This document shows positions 11,280 through 22,031 of a stretch of 25,484 nucleotides of DNA, one piece after another. The position numbers were made by a program, and so were the translations under genes. The DNA comes from Octopus sinensis (taxonomy: Eukaryota): the NCBI RefSeq assembly GCF_006345805.1, contig NW_021836072.1:1-25484 (forward strand). Reading direction: 5' to 3'. The first letter of the stretch is position 1. Each line of letters starts with the position of its first letter. Under the pieces are notes generated by a model. That model saw only the letters and a list, made by a program, of their open reading frames with translations. It made no database searches and was not told the origin of the DNA.

Positions 11280-11418
11280 TCTCTCTCTATTTCTTCTTAT
11301 TCCTTTCTGTCGAAGGGCGAAAGCTCGAAACGTAAAAGACTTTCCAGAGCGTCAAACTAATACACTTGCTTGTTATTCCTACCTCTCTCTTCATTTTTTG
11401 TTTTCTATAAATTTGAAC
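11280..11418 (+). mobile_element. Short PLE-derived element (solo pLTR 3' end) in (TA)n
   Basis: Flanked by TA tracts. Its reverse complement AACAAGCAAGTGTATTAGTTTGACGCTCTGGAAAGTCTTTTACGTTTCGAGC aligns with the pLTR sequence AACAATTGTATTAGTATGGCGCTCAGGAAA..AAGTCTTTAACGTTTCGAGC. Confidence 0.7.
11303..11338 (+). ncRNA. Minimal type I hammerhead ribozyme, CTGTCGA core variant
   Basis: CTTT-CTGTCGA-A-GGGC-GAAA-GCTC-GAAA-CG-TA-AAAG. Stem I CTTT/AAAG, stem II with a G-U pair and GNRA loop, GUA triplet. Confidence 0.75.
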
Positions 11419-11981
11419 TATATATATATATATATATATATATAATTTACATTATATAATTAGGGCTTAGTAAAATAAATTACTTTGCCACATACTGAAC
11501 TTTCTAGAAATAGCAGCCAAAAAGTTTCGTAGCCATTTCCACTACTTTAAGAAAATTTCTCTCAGATAATGTTTACTCATAAATAACTCACGAAGGTATG
11601 GAGGAAAAAACAGAAAAATATCACAAGTACAAAGATCATTTGAGAACGTTAACGTTTCTAGATTAGCCAAATAAACTCAGCATTTCTTTCGTCAGCTCAA
11701 CATTTCTTAATTTGGATTTGGAAGCACTAAAAGGAAGAACATACCCTTTGGCGACGTATCACCTCAGATAAACACGCTCCGACTGCCAGTACTAACAAAT
11801 TCAAAATGCGCAAGCGAAGATTCCTGCTCTCTCCCCTTCCACCCACGTGGGTTATCTAGTAAACATATATTTTAACGGTGAGAACCGAAGCAATAGAACA
11901 GAGAGAAATGAATTATAATATCATTAGTTATTAATCAATTTCACCAAGTAGTGTTCAGTATGTATATGCCTATATATATAT

Positions 11982-12574
11982 GCCCACTCTCCCTCAACTC
12001 GTTATATGATAGAAGTTACTCAATCTCAACGGTTGGATGAACGAGATGCATATGTGTACAGGAGGCTAAGCGGGTTGATCGTACAGTTACATGCTATTAT
12101 TTATAGGTTTATGCACTGGGAGATCCTTCTCCACAATAAATTTAATTCGCTTTCTCTCGAAACATTATAGATTTCCATGTCGCCAACAAGAAACATCTCT
12201 CTCAGGCAGGAATAAAATTTTTCTCATGTAGCGAATTTCGAAGAAATAATTTGCTCCTACTGTAGAACGCCTCTCATGCTTTCGGGAGGTATGGGTTCGA
12301 ATTCCGTGGGCAGTCTTCGACTGTATCTGTCCAAGAGGGTTCCTGAACGCAATATATACCTGTTATTATTCACAGCTTCATGTGGTTTGAGATCCAGTGT
12401 TTCAAATATATGTATGTTTGTATTTCTGTAGGGATATATGTCTAAACGTATATGTGTGTGTGTATGTAAATATGTATATATATATATATATATATACTTA
12501 CATATCTGTCTGTATGTTTACATATATACGAACATACACACACACACATATATATATACCTATATATACCTATA
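11982..12574 (+). repeat. Left arm of ~593-bp inverted repeat
   Basis: Reverse complement of 17835-18426. I found only one mismatch in the outer ~300 bp; small indels and substitutions increase inward. Confidence 0.95.
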
Positions 12575-12790
12575 TATATATATATATATATTATATATAA
12601 TTATATACACACACAATATATATAAGTATATATATAATAATATTATCTATATATATAATATATATATGCATATACATATATATATATATATACATATATA
12701 TTATGTATATGCATATATGATATATATATATATATATACATTATATATGTGTGTGGGTATATAATTATATAACATATATATATATATATA

Positions 12791-13160
12791 ACGGGAAGCT
12801 TTATGAAAATAACAAAAGACGAAGGCAGGTGGAAAACAAACGAACAATTGTATTAGTATGGCGCTCAGGAAATATAAATAAAACAAGTCTTTAACGTTTC
12901 GAGCCTACGCTCTTCAACAGAAAGATACACAGAGAGAGAAAAACACAGAAAGAAGGAGAGAAAAAAAATGCGTGCAGTAGCTAACGAATCAACATGGCGA
13001 TCTGATTTCGGCCAGAGGTCAAAGATCAAACATGAGACGCGAGAGCGAAATAAGGGGAGATAATAGGGTTGATAAAAGGGTTGAGTGACCAGCTAAAAGT
13101 GCGTGGGAGGGGTCTGGATGTGTGTATGTATAGGGTTGGTGTATGTATTAGTAGTATAGG

Positions 13161-13197
<37 letters not shown>

Positions 13198-13292
13198 AGA
13201 GAGTATTAGTGCGTAAGATTGGTCTGGACGTGCGTATGTATGGGGTTGGTGTATGTATTAGTATGTATTAGTATATTAGTACGTATTGGTAT
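12791..13292 (-). repeat. pLTR copy 1 (3' terminal direct repeat)
   Basis: Starts ACGGGAAGCTTTATGAAAAT; repeated at 17343-17837. Confidence 0.92.
12888..12925 (-). ncRNA. Minimal hammerhead ribozyme in pLTR1 (CTGTTGA core)
   Basis: Minus strand TCTTT-CTGTTGA-A-GAGC-GTAG-GCTC-GAAA-CG-TT-AAAGA. Minimal HHRs are an established feature of PLE pLTRs. Confidence 0.85.
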
Positions 13293-13433
13293 GTAGGTGT
13301 TGTGTGTGTGTGTGAGAGAGTATAAGTGCGTATGCGGGGTCTGGACGTGTGTATGTATAGGGTTGGTGTATGTATTAGTATGTACTAGTATGTTAGTACG
13401 TATTAGTATGTATTAGTTGGTGTGTGTATTAGT
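13099..13433. repeat. Three imperfect ~110-117-bp tandem units in the PLE 3' region
   Basis: GTGCGT..GGTCTGGAYGTGYGTATGTATRGGGTTGGTGTATGTATTAGTA recurs at 13099, 13209 and 13326. Confidence 0.8.
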
Positions 13434-13479
13434 ATGGCACATCATATGTGATGTGATGTGTAAAGTCATGTGGTGTAGT

Positions 13480-13825
13480 GAGGGAAGAGGGGGAGGGAGA
13501 AGAGGGGGGGAGAGGAAGGGGAGGGGAGAAGAGGGGGGAGAGAGAGGGGAGGGGAAGAAGAGGGGGAGGAGAGGGAGGGAAGAGGAGAGAGGGGGAGAAG
13601 GAAGGTGAGGAGGGGGATGAAGGAGGAAAGAGGGGAGGGGAGAGAGAGAGAGAAGGGGAGAGAGGGAGTGAGGGAGCAGAGGGAAGGGGAAGAGGAGGGA
13701 GAAAGAGGGAAGAAGGGAAGGGGAGTAGGGGTGAAAGGATGAAGGACTGAAGAAGTAGGGGTCGGGGGGAAAGAAAGGATAGGGAGGAGGGGGAGAGGGG
13801 GGTTAGATGAGGAGGGGGGGAGAGA
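13480..13825. repeat. Polypurine/polypyrimidine (GA-rich) tract
   Basis: Almost only G and A on the plus strand; source of the spurious P/S/L and G/E/R ORFs. Confidence 0.9.
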
Positions 13826-16713
13826 GTTGAGACCAAATGGCGTATAAGAGCGAAGAGAGAAGATTAATTCCTGTTCACGGCGCAAACGGGAATCCGGATG
13901 GCCTCTGTGTAAGGACAAACCGAACACAGATAGGTGTTGCAAGGAGTGACCGGTGGAGCGGAAATGGCGTGAGACCGGTGTGTGTGTCGTTCAAGGTGGA
14001 TGTCACGAAGGTGTTCCGCGAACCGGTCAGCCAAGCGGCGTCCCGTTTGTCCGATGTACAAGGAATTGCAGAGAGAGCAAGAGATGCAATAGATAATATT
14101 GCTGGAGGTGCAGGTGAAGGAGTGGATGATGGGATAGGGTCGATGGTGGGTGCTAGTGAGGCGGGTGGTGTTGGAGAGGTAAGGGCAAGTAAGTGCGGCA
14201 ACGTGGGCGGGAGCAGGGGAACGAGCCGGGTTGGGAGGTAGGGTCAGGGAAGGAGCTATGGACCAAAGGTCTCGAAGGTTGTGGGCTCGTTTGAAAGAGG
14301 GGAGGGGTCGGTTAGGGAAGAGGTGTGAAGTGGACGGGTCGGACTGGAGATGACGGAAAGCTCGAAGAATGGTGCGTTGGAGACGTAGGGTCGTGGGGTG
14401 GTAAGTGAGGGGAAAAGGGAGGCGGGAGACTACAGGGCGGGTTCGGGGAGAGAGAGCAGATACACGGTCCACGGACCGTGCTCTGGCAAGGGCGGTGTGG
14501 ATAGTGGTGAGGGGGTATCCACGTAGGGTGAAGTGGTGAGCCATACGTTGAGACTGAGTCTCAAAGTCATGGTCGTCACTACAGAGCCTACGTAGACGGA
14601 GGAATTGGGAATAGGGGATGGAAAGCTTGGTGTGTTCTGGGTGGGAGGAAGAGAAGTTGAGGTATGAGTGTGAGTCTGTGTGTTTGTAGTGAATGGAGGT
14701 GGTAAGAGTGGAGTGAAGAATGCTAACCGAAATGTCGAGGAAGGAGACAGAGGTGTTGGAGATAGTGGAAGTGAAGTGGAGGGCTGGATGGAAAGATTGG
14801 ACGAAAGAGAGGAAGGAATCTAGATGTTCGCGGGAGAGTGAGGTGGCACCGATAATGTCGTCAATATAACGACCATATAGTTCAGGAGTGGGACCAGTGA
14901 AATTAGAGAATATTTGGGCCTCAACATAGCCAACGAACAGGTTCGCATAGTTGGGGCCCATTCGCGTTCCCATGGCCACCCGAGACCTGATGGTAGAACT
15001 CGCCCGCGAACGAGAAGCAGTTCAGAGTAAGGACAAGTTCGGCCAGACGAATGAGTGTGGAGGTGTCAGGTACAGGGTTAGAGCGGAGGTCAAGAAAGTG
15101 TCGAAGGGCCTGCAGTCCTTCGTGGTGAGGGATAACAGTATAGAGGCTTTGGATGTCCATAGTAAAAAGGATTTTGGAGGAGCCGGGAGGAAAGGAGAAA
15201 GAGTTGAAAAGCCGGAGAGCATGGTTGGTATCGTGGATGTGGGAGGGAAGAGATGCCACTAGGGGGGCAAGGACACGGTCGAGGTATTTAGAGATGAGCT
15301 CCGTGGGGCAGTTACAGGCGGAGACGATGGGGCGGCCAGGGTTGTTGGGTTTGTGGATTTGGGGAGGAAGTAAATGGTGGGGGTACGTGGGGTTCGCACA
15401 ATTAGGTTGGATGCGGTGCGGGGAGACGGGAGGACGAGATGAGGTCTTGGACAGTAGAGGATACCGTCTGTTGGTAGCTACGTGGGGGTTAGAGGGCAGA
15501 GGGGAATAGAAGGAGGTGTCATTGAGTTGGCGGAAAGCCTCGGCCCTATAGAGGTCCGCGCGCCACACCACTACAGCTCCACCCTTGTCAGCCGGTTTGA
15601 TGATAATGTCAGCGCGCCGTTGGAGGGAACGAAGAGCCAAGAGCTCAGCCGGGAGATGTTGAGGCGGCGTTGGCGCCTGGAGAAGTTGAACCGCTCCAAT
15701 GCACGCTGACAAGCGCCCGCGAAAAGATCCACTGCTAGGATCTGGCCAGGGGCAGGCGTCCACGGGGATGGTCGCGGCCCAGGCCAGTGAAGCAGTCGTC
15801 CTCTTCGTGGGGTGTGGGTGGCGAGTCGTGGTAATGCGCACCCAACCGGACACGGCGCACAAAGCTGTGGACATCAACTCGCGTCTGGAATTCCTTACAG
15901 GATGGAGTGAGGGGGATGAAACGCAGACCCCTACCAAGGACGGAGCGTTCAGCCGCAGAGAGGGGAAGATCGGGGGGAATGGTAACAACAGACGGAAGTG
16001 GAGAAGGGGTGGGTGGAATAGAAGTAGGAGGGGTGGTAGGTCTGTGGAGGTTCTGAGGGGAGGAGGGAGGAGGGAGGTGTGTGGGGGGGTGGTTGGGCGG
16101 GGCAGTAGGGTTAGGTGTAGGTGGATGGAGCCTAACGGGAGGGGAGAAGGGGTTGTAGGGAGGGGCAGTGGGGTTAGGTGTGGGTGGATGGAGCCTATCG
16201 GGAGGGGAGAAGGGTGGTGGAGGAGTTGGGGTAGTGGCGTCGGGTAGGGTGGAATGGAAGAGTGATTGGAGTTTACGAAGTTTGGTATCAGAAAGAAATT
16301 GATGGAAGAGTTGATTCAAATGGATAATGAAGCGTAGCGTTTGGAGCATAGAGAGGCGGCAGAGAGGAGAAGAAGGTGGAGAAAGCAGGAGGAAGAAGGC
16401 GGTTGATGGCATGTAGTTTGGAGAGATTGGAGCGAATGGTGGCCCGCATAAGGCGGTAAGATGTGGTGCGGAGTATGGGTAAGATGGAAGAATCCGAGTG
16501 GAGAGCAGGGTGGAAGTGGAGGCGGAAACCTTTAGGGATGAGTCGGTGATGTAGGCAGCGGCTTAGGAAAGAGACATGGCTAGAGAAGCGGGTTTTTTTA
16601 AAAAGAAGTAGAGAGAGATTAACGGACGGCTGAAGGCAATATACAGGAAGCGAACGTAGATGATCCTTCAAACGGTGATGGAGGGTGAGGAGGTAGGACC
16701 TAGGATCCGGCAT
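13803..16713 (-). pseudogene. PLE polyprotein (N-terminal domain, RT, Cys linker, GIY-YIG endonuclease), frameshifted in this sequence
   Basis: ATG at 16713. Motifs in order: HVSFLSRCLHHRLIPKGFRLHF; VVTIPPDLPLSAAERSVLGRGLRFIP; FVRRVRL; IIKPADKGGAVVVW (~15565-15606); IHKPNNPGRPIVS; MDIQSLYT (~15135-15160); AMGTRMGPNYANLF; YIDD (14857-14868); FLDISV; YLNFSSSHP; NIIYCISCSLCNSLYIGQT..RFAEH (~14020-14100); PVSRHF..GHS..RREQELIFSLRSYTPFGLN (ends 13826). The pieces lie in ORFs 16288..16713, 15735..16412, 14921..15988, 13864..14979 and 13466..13942. The stop position is inferred. Confidence 0.92.
16099..16214 (-). repeat. 63-bp in-frame tandem duplication in the Pro-rich linker
   Basis: PFSPPDRLHPPTPNPTAPPYN / PFSPPVRLHPPTPNPTAPPNH; 63-nt period (16103 vs 16166). 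Confidence 0.85.
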
Positions 16714-17342
16714 GATGGGATAGCGGAAAAAAAACGTTCGAAAAAAAAAACAAAAAAAAACAAAAACAAAAATTATCGTATGAAAAAAATAGAAAAAAAG
16801 GATAGCGAAAAAAGGGGAAAAAACAAACGTTCAAAAAAACAAAAAAATAATAATCGTATGAAAAAACTAGATAAGTAAGCGATAGGGGCAGAAAAGACGG
16901 GGCAAACGGAAAAGGGAAAGAAAGAAGGGAAGCAGAGAGAGGGGGAGGCAAAAAAAGGGGGGTGCAGGCAGAGGAAACGGAGTATGGACATCCAGAGAGG
17001 GAAGAAAGACGGAAAGGAGAACAAAAATTCAGGAAAATGTGGGAAGCATGAAATGAATGTAAAAAAAGTGGTAATATAAGAGAAAATAAAAATACAACAA
17101 ACGGGACAGTTTATGCGAACAAGTTCAAGGTTGAAAGTTCAAGGTGAGAAATGTGTAGACGTCGTGGTATATTTTTTAAGGATTTCACATCAATGCAAAG
17201 TCACTTTGATCCGCGAAAGAGAGGTGCAGCCAATGGTAAGTATCCAAGAGGTAAAGAAAATCCAAGGTAGAGGTAAGTGTTGATAGTGGTATGGTAGTAG
17301 AATATAGGATGAAAGTGAGACCACGTGAGCGCATAATATATA

Positions 17343-17714
17343 ACGGGAAGCTTTATGAAAATAAAAAAAGACGAAGGCAGGTGGAAAACAAACGAACAAT
17401 TGTATTAGTATGGCGCTCAGGCTCAGGAAATATAAATAAAACAAGTCTTTAACGTTTCGAGCCTACGCTCTTCAACAGAAAGATACACAGAGGGAGAAAA
17501 ACACAGAAAGAAGGAGAGAAAAAAAATGCGTGCAGTAGCTAACGAATCAACATGGCGATCTGATTTCGGCCAGAGGTCAAAGATCAAACATGAGACGCGA
17601 GAGCGAAATAAGGGGAGATAATAGGGTTGATAAAGGGTGTGAGTGACCAGAAAAGTGCGTGGGAGGGGTCTGGATGTGTGTATGTATAGGGTTGGTGTAT
17701 GTATTAGTATGTAT

Positions 17715-17749
<35 letters not shown>

Positions 17750-17837
17750 AGAGAGTATTAGTGCGTAGATTGGTCGGACGTGCGTATGTATGGGGTTGGT
17801 GTATTGTATTAGTATGTATTAGTAACCGTATTGGTAT
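17343..17837 (-). repeat. pLTR copy 2 (5' terminal direct repeat, truncated)
   Basis: Direct repeat of 12791-13292, with an extra GCTCAG duplication at 17415-17426. Confidence 0.92.
17446..17483 (-). ncRNA. Minimal hammerhead ribozyme in pLTR2
   Basis: Identical to 12888-12925. Confidence 0.85.
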
Positions 17838-18426
17838 AGGTATATATAGGTATATATATATGTGTGTGTGGGTATGGTCGTATCTAGGTAAACATACAGG
17901 ACAGATAGTAAGTATATATATATATATTATATACATATTTACATACACACACACATATTCGTTTAGACATTATACCCTACAGAAATACAAACATACATAG
18001 ATTTGAAACAAGGATCTCAAAACACATGAAGCTGTGAATAAAACAGGATATATGTGTTCAGGGAACCCTCTTGGACAGATAGATACAGTCGAAGAGGCCC
18101 ACGGAAATCGAACCCATACCTCCCGAAAGCATGAGAGGCGTTCTACAGTAGGAGCAAATTATTTCTTCGAAATTCGCTACATTAGAAAAATTTTATTCCT
18201 GCCTGAGAGAGATGTTTCTTGTTGGCGACATGGAAATCTATAATGTTTCGAGAGAAAGCGAATTAAATTTATTGTGGAGAAGGATCTCCCAGTGCATAAA
18301 CCTATAAATAATAGCATGTAACTGTACGATCAACCCGCTTAGCCTCCTGTACACATATGCATCTCGTTCATCCAACCGTTGAGATTGAGTAACTTCTATC
18401 ATATAACGAGTTGAGGGAGAGTGGGC
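17835..18426 (-). repeat. Right arm of ~593-bp inverted repeat
   Basis: Reverse complement of 11982-12574. Confidence 0.95.
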
Positions 18427-18654
18427 TTTACAGGCATTGTGCTGGAACTTCATTGATGTATTATAGAGGAACGAAGTGCAAATTTGATCTCGTTTCAGAT
18501 TTGCACACAGAGTGCACTGAACCGGGAGATATGTCACAAAGCAATTTATACAGCGTTGCAACGGATTTGTTTAACCAACAGTCTTACACACGGACAGAAT
18601 TGTGAGTGTGTGTGTGCATAAATATATTAAATATATACATATATTCAGAGAGAG

Positions 18655-18714
18655 AGAGAGATAAATAGATAGATAGATAGATAGATAGACAGACAGATAG
18701 ATAGATAGATAGAT

Positions 18715-18811
<97 letters not shown>

Positions 18812-18888
18812 TAGATAGATAGATTGATAGATATAGATAGATAGATATAGATAGATAGATAGATAGACAGAGAGACAGACAGATCGAC

Positions 18889-18963
<75 letters not shown>

Positions 18964-18995
18964 CAGATATACATATATAGATAGATAGATAGACA
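18655..18995. repeat. (AGAT)n microsatellite array
   Basis: Direct reading. Further AGAT arrays lie at ~19349-19459 and ~20125-20290. Confidence 0.97.
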
Positions 18996-19135
18996 AGCTT
19001 ATGAACATAACTTACATAATATATATATATATATACACACACATATATGTGAACTTACGTATAGTGTATGTTAGTTACATATACAATATATATGTGTAAA
19101 CAAATATATATTTGTATTTATACATACATACATAC

Positions 19136-19192
<57 letters not shown>

Positions 19193-19350
19193 GCATGGTT
19201 AAACATGTGTGCGTGCGTATACGTGTAAATATTTAAATGCATAATCACTATTCACTCATATATATATATAATATATATATATATAGCACGCGTGTTCATA
19301 TGTAAATGAATACGTACATATAGGCAGATACATATACAGACAGAAAGGCT

Positions 19351-19382
<32 letters not shown>

Positions 19383-19392
19383 TAGATAGATA

Positions 19393-19458
<66 letters not shown>

Positions 19459-19764
19459 CAGCACAGAGACACATAGACAACCAGATAGAATGACAGCATT
19501 TGAAATAAAACGATATAAAATAATACAAGAAGATTTTATAGATATCGACCAGCCATTGTGAAACTCCACATTCATTACTAATGTTAAAAATGTATTGTAA
19601 ATCCCGCTACACTGATCTGGCGCCGAGAATAAACAAAGACTATTTGAATATGGAAGCCATTAAATTATATTTGCATTCTTTCCCTCATTAATCAAGCTTA
19701 AAAATATATATTCTAATATTCTATTGTTATATTTTCGGTTTGATCGCATAGAGGCCTCTGTATG

Positions 19765-19848
19765 TGTGTGTATGTATGTATGTATGTATGTATGTATGTA
19801 TGTATGTATGTATGTATGTATGTATGCATGTGTGTATGTATGTATGCA
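19765..19848. repeat. (TATG)n microsatellite
   Basis: Direct reading. Confidence 0.95.
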
Positions 19849-20183
19849 TATGTATATATATATATATATACACCACCTATATATATATACATATATATGC
19901 ATGTATAGATATTATGTACATGATGTATCATATATATATTATATATATATATATATATAATATATATATATTATATTATAACGTATATGAATATCTATAC
20001 ACACATACACACATGAAGACATAAATGTTAATGCATGAGTATATATAATACGTTATAATACACACACACATATATATATTACAAAGATAATACACGCCTA
20101 TGTATATATGTGTGTACATGTATAGAAAGATAGATAGACAGGTAGATAGACAGACAGATAGATAGAGAAATAGACAGGTAGAT

Positions 20184-20290
<107 letters not shown>

Positions 20291-21269
20291 CGAAGAAACA
20301 TATAGTATATATATTGATGTATACATAGAAGAAATACAAACACACAAACACACACATACACATTATTTAATGAAAGACAGAGAGAGTGGTAAAAAAATAA
20401 ATGGATGTAAGGGAGAGAAAACGAGAGTTGGACATTTTAATAATATCATAATTAATCAAATTTCCATGTTACAATTCTATTCCAGGTCTAAATTGACTTT
20501 ATCAAAATGGCGGTTTAAGTTATTTGCTTTACTTTTTTTATTGTTTTCTCTCATCTATATCTACGATATTTCCTTTGTAACTATTTTCCTATCATTTCTA
20601 ATACGCCATGTTTTTTTTTGTGCTGTTGTTATTTATTTTGTTTAATTATTTTTATATTTGGTGGTGTGGGTTTATTCGAAAGAGGCGGTGGCGTGTAATA
20701 TTTCGATATCTTTATGCATATTCATCATATTAATATCCTATTTTCTGTTTATTGTTATAATTCATTTCTTTCTTCCTCGTGAACAATGCGTGGGTGTTCC
20801 TTTGTTTTGTATTGTTTGTGGTGGTGGCCACCGTTATAGCGGCAGCGGCAGTGGCGACGGCTGATAGTGATGCTGATGGTGATGGTGGTGATGTGTTGCG
20901 GATGGTGGTGGAGGTTGTCGTCGCCATCATAGTTGTGATGTTGTTGGCGGTAGGTGGCGTTGTCTCATTCTGTTCTAGAACATAAAAAAAAAATAGTTCT
21001 TCGGAAATCTTTTTAGGCTGTTGTCTTTCGTTGTTCTTTGGGAAACATAGGCGTTATGGTAACAGAAAAGAAAAGGGAACTTCTTTAAAATGTTTTACGT
21101 TGAAAACCAGTGAGAAAACACTATTGTTTTCTTTTGGGAATGACGTTGATATAAGTGTGTATATATGTATTTCTATATTTGTGATATATGTACATATGTA
21201 TATATGAATAAGTATGTATATGTATGCGTATGTGTATGTCTATAAATTATTTTAATATATATTTAAGTC

Positions 21270-21321
21270 AAGGCGACAGAAACGTTAGCACGCCGGGCGA
21301 AATGCTTAGCGGTAATTCGTA
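21270..21321 (+). mobile_element. SINE head fragment
   Basis: AAGGCGACAGAAACGTTAGCACGCCGGGCGAAATGCTTAGCGGTAATTCG, same family as 25084. Confidence 0.75.
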
Positions 21322-21645
21322 TATATGTATGTATGTATGTATGTATGTTTGTATGTATGCATGCATGTACGTATGTATGAATGAATGTATGTATGTATGC
21401 ATGTATGTATGTATGCATGTATGTATGCATGCATGTATGTATGTTTGTATGTATGTATGTATGTATTATGTATGCATGTATGTATTATGTATGCATGCAT
21501 GCATATATGTATGTATGCATGTATGCATGCATGTATGTATGTATGTATGTATGTATGTATGTATGTATGTATGAATTATGTATGTATGTATGCATGTTTG
21601 TTTGTTTGTATTATGTATGTATGTATGTATGTTTCTTTGTATGTA
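21322..21645. repeat. Imperfect (TATG/CATG)n array
   Basis: Direct reading; the array resumes at 22032-22096. Confidence 0.95.
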
Positions 21646-21649
21646 TGGA

Positions 21650-22031
21650 TATGCAGATTTGTGTGTTTCATGTATATATTCTCATGCATCTAGTTACATA
21701 TCTAGACTCTAGACATGCCCATATATATCTAAATGATAAACTTCTGGAAAGTTTTACAGATTTTTACAGTTCCAGTGATGGATTGGATATGTAGACTTCG
21801 AATTAGCTTTCTCCCTTCTGGTTTTGAAAAGACTAATTTCTCAAGACTGGTATTTAGGCAGTGCTTTAAATATCCCAGGGTCCCAATTATTACTGGTAAA
21901 AATCTGAACTTGTAATCTGGATAGAGTAACTGCAGATTTCTCTCAATAGTTCAGTATAGGTATCCTTTTTTTCACTGATCTTCAGATTTATGTTAACATC
22001 CGCTGGGCAGCTAATTTCCATAACTGTGCAC
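21650..22031 (-). mobile_element. 3' end of an RLE-type non-LTR retrotransposon (R2/R4/NeSL-like), 5'-truncated
   Basis: Minus strand with one frameshift reads CTVMEISCPADVNINLKISEKKDTYTELLR/NLQLLYPDYKFRFLPVIIGTLGYLKHCLNTSLEKLVFSKPEGRKLIRSLHIQSITGTVKICKTFQKFII* (stop 21729-21731). E-I-S-C-P..EK..Y and PVIIG.LG are C-terminal RLE motifs. A ~80-nt 3' UTR follows. Confidence 0.72.

Larger units (their letters stand above)
12791..17837 (-). mobile_element. Penelope-like retroelement (Neptune-type), near full length, with tandem pLTRs
   Basis: PLE-specific RT and GIY-YIG ORF, direct terminal repeats with HHRs, and a 3' end abutting (TA)n. Confidence 0.93.

Noticed and set aside
12250-12315. tRNA-like B-box (GGTTCGAATTCC) inside the inverted-repeat arm
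   Set aside because: No clear A-box or cloverleaf; at most a degenerate SINE head.
13130-13370. TAGGGTT motifs resembling telomeric TTAGGG
   Set aside because: Isolated single motifs within the tandem units, not an array.
13837-16247. Plus-strand ORFs (13837..14241, 14951..15262, 15153..15509, 15699..16247)
   Set aside because: Antisense shadows of the GC-rich PLE ORF.
12791-17837. Classification as an LTR retrotransposon
   Set aside because: No TG..CA ends, PBS, gag, protease or integrase; the RT is PLE-type (DKG motif) with a GIY-YIG endonuclease.
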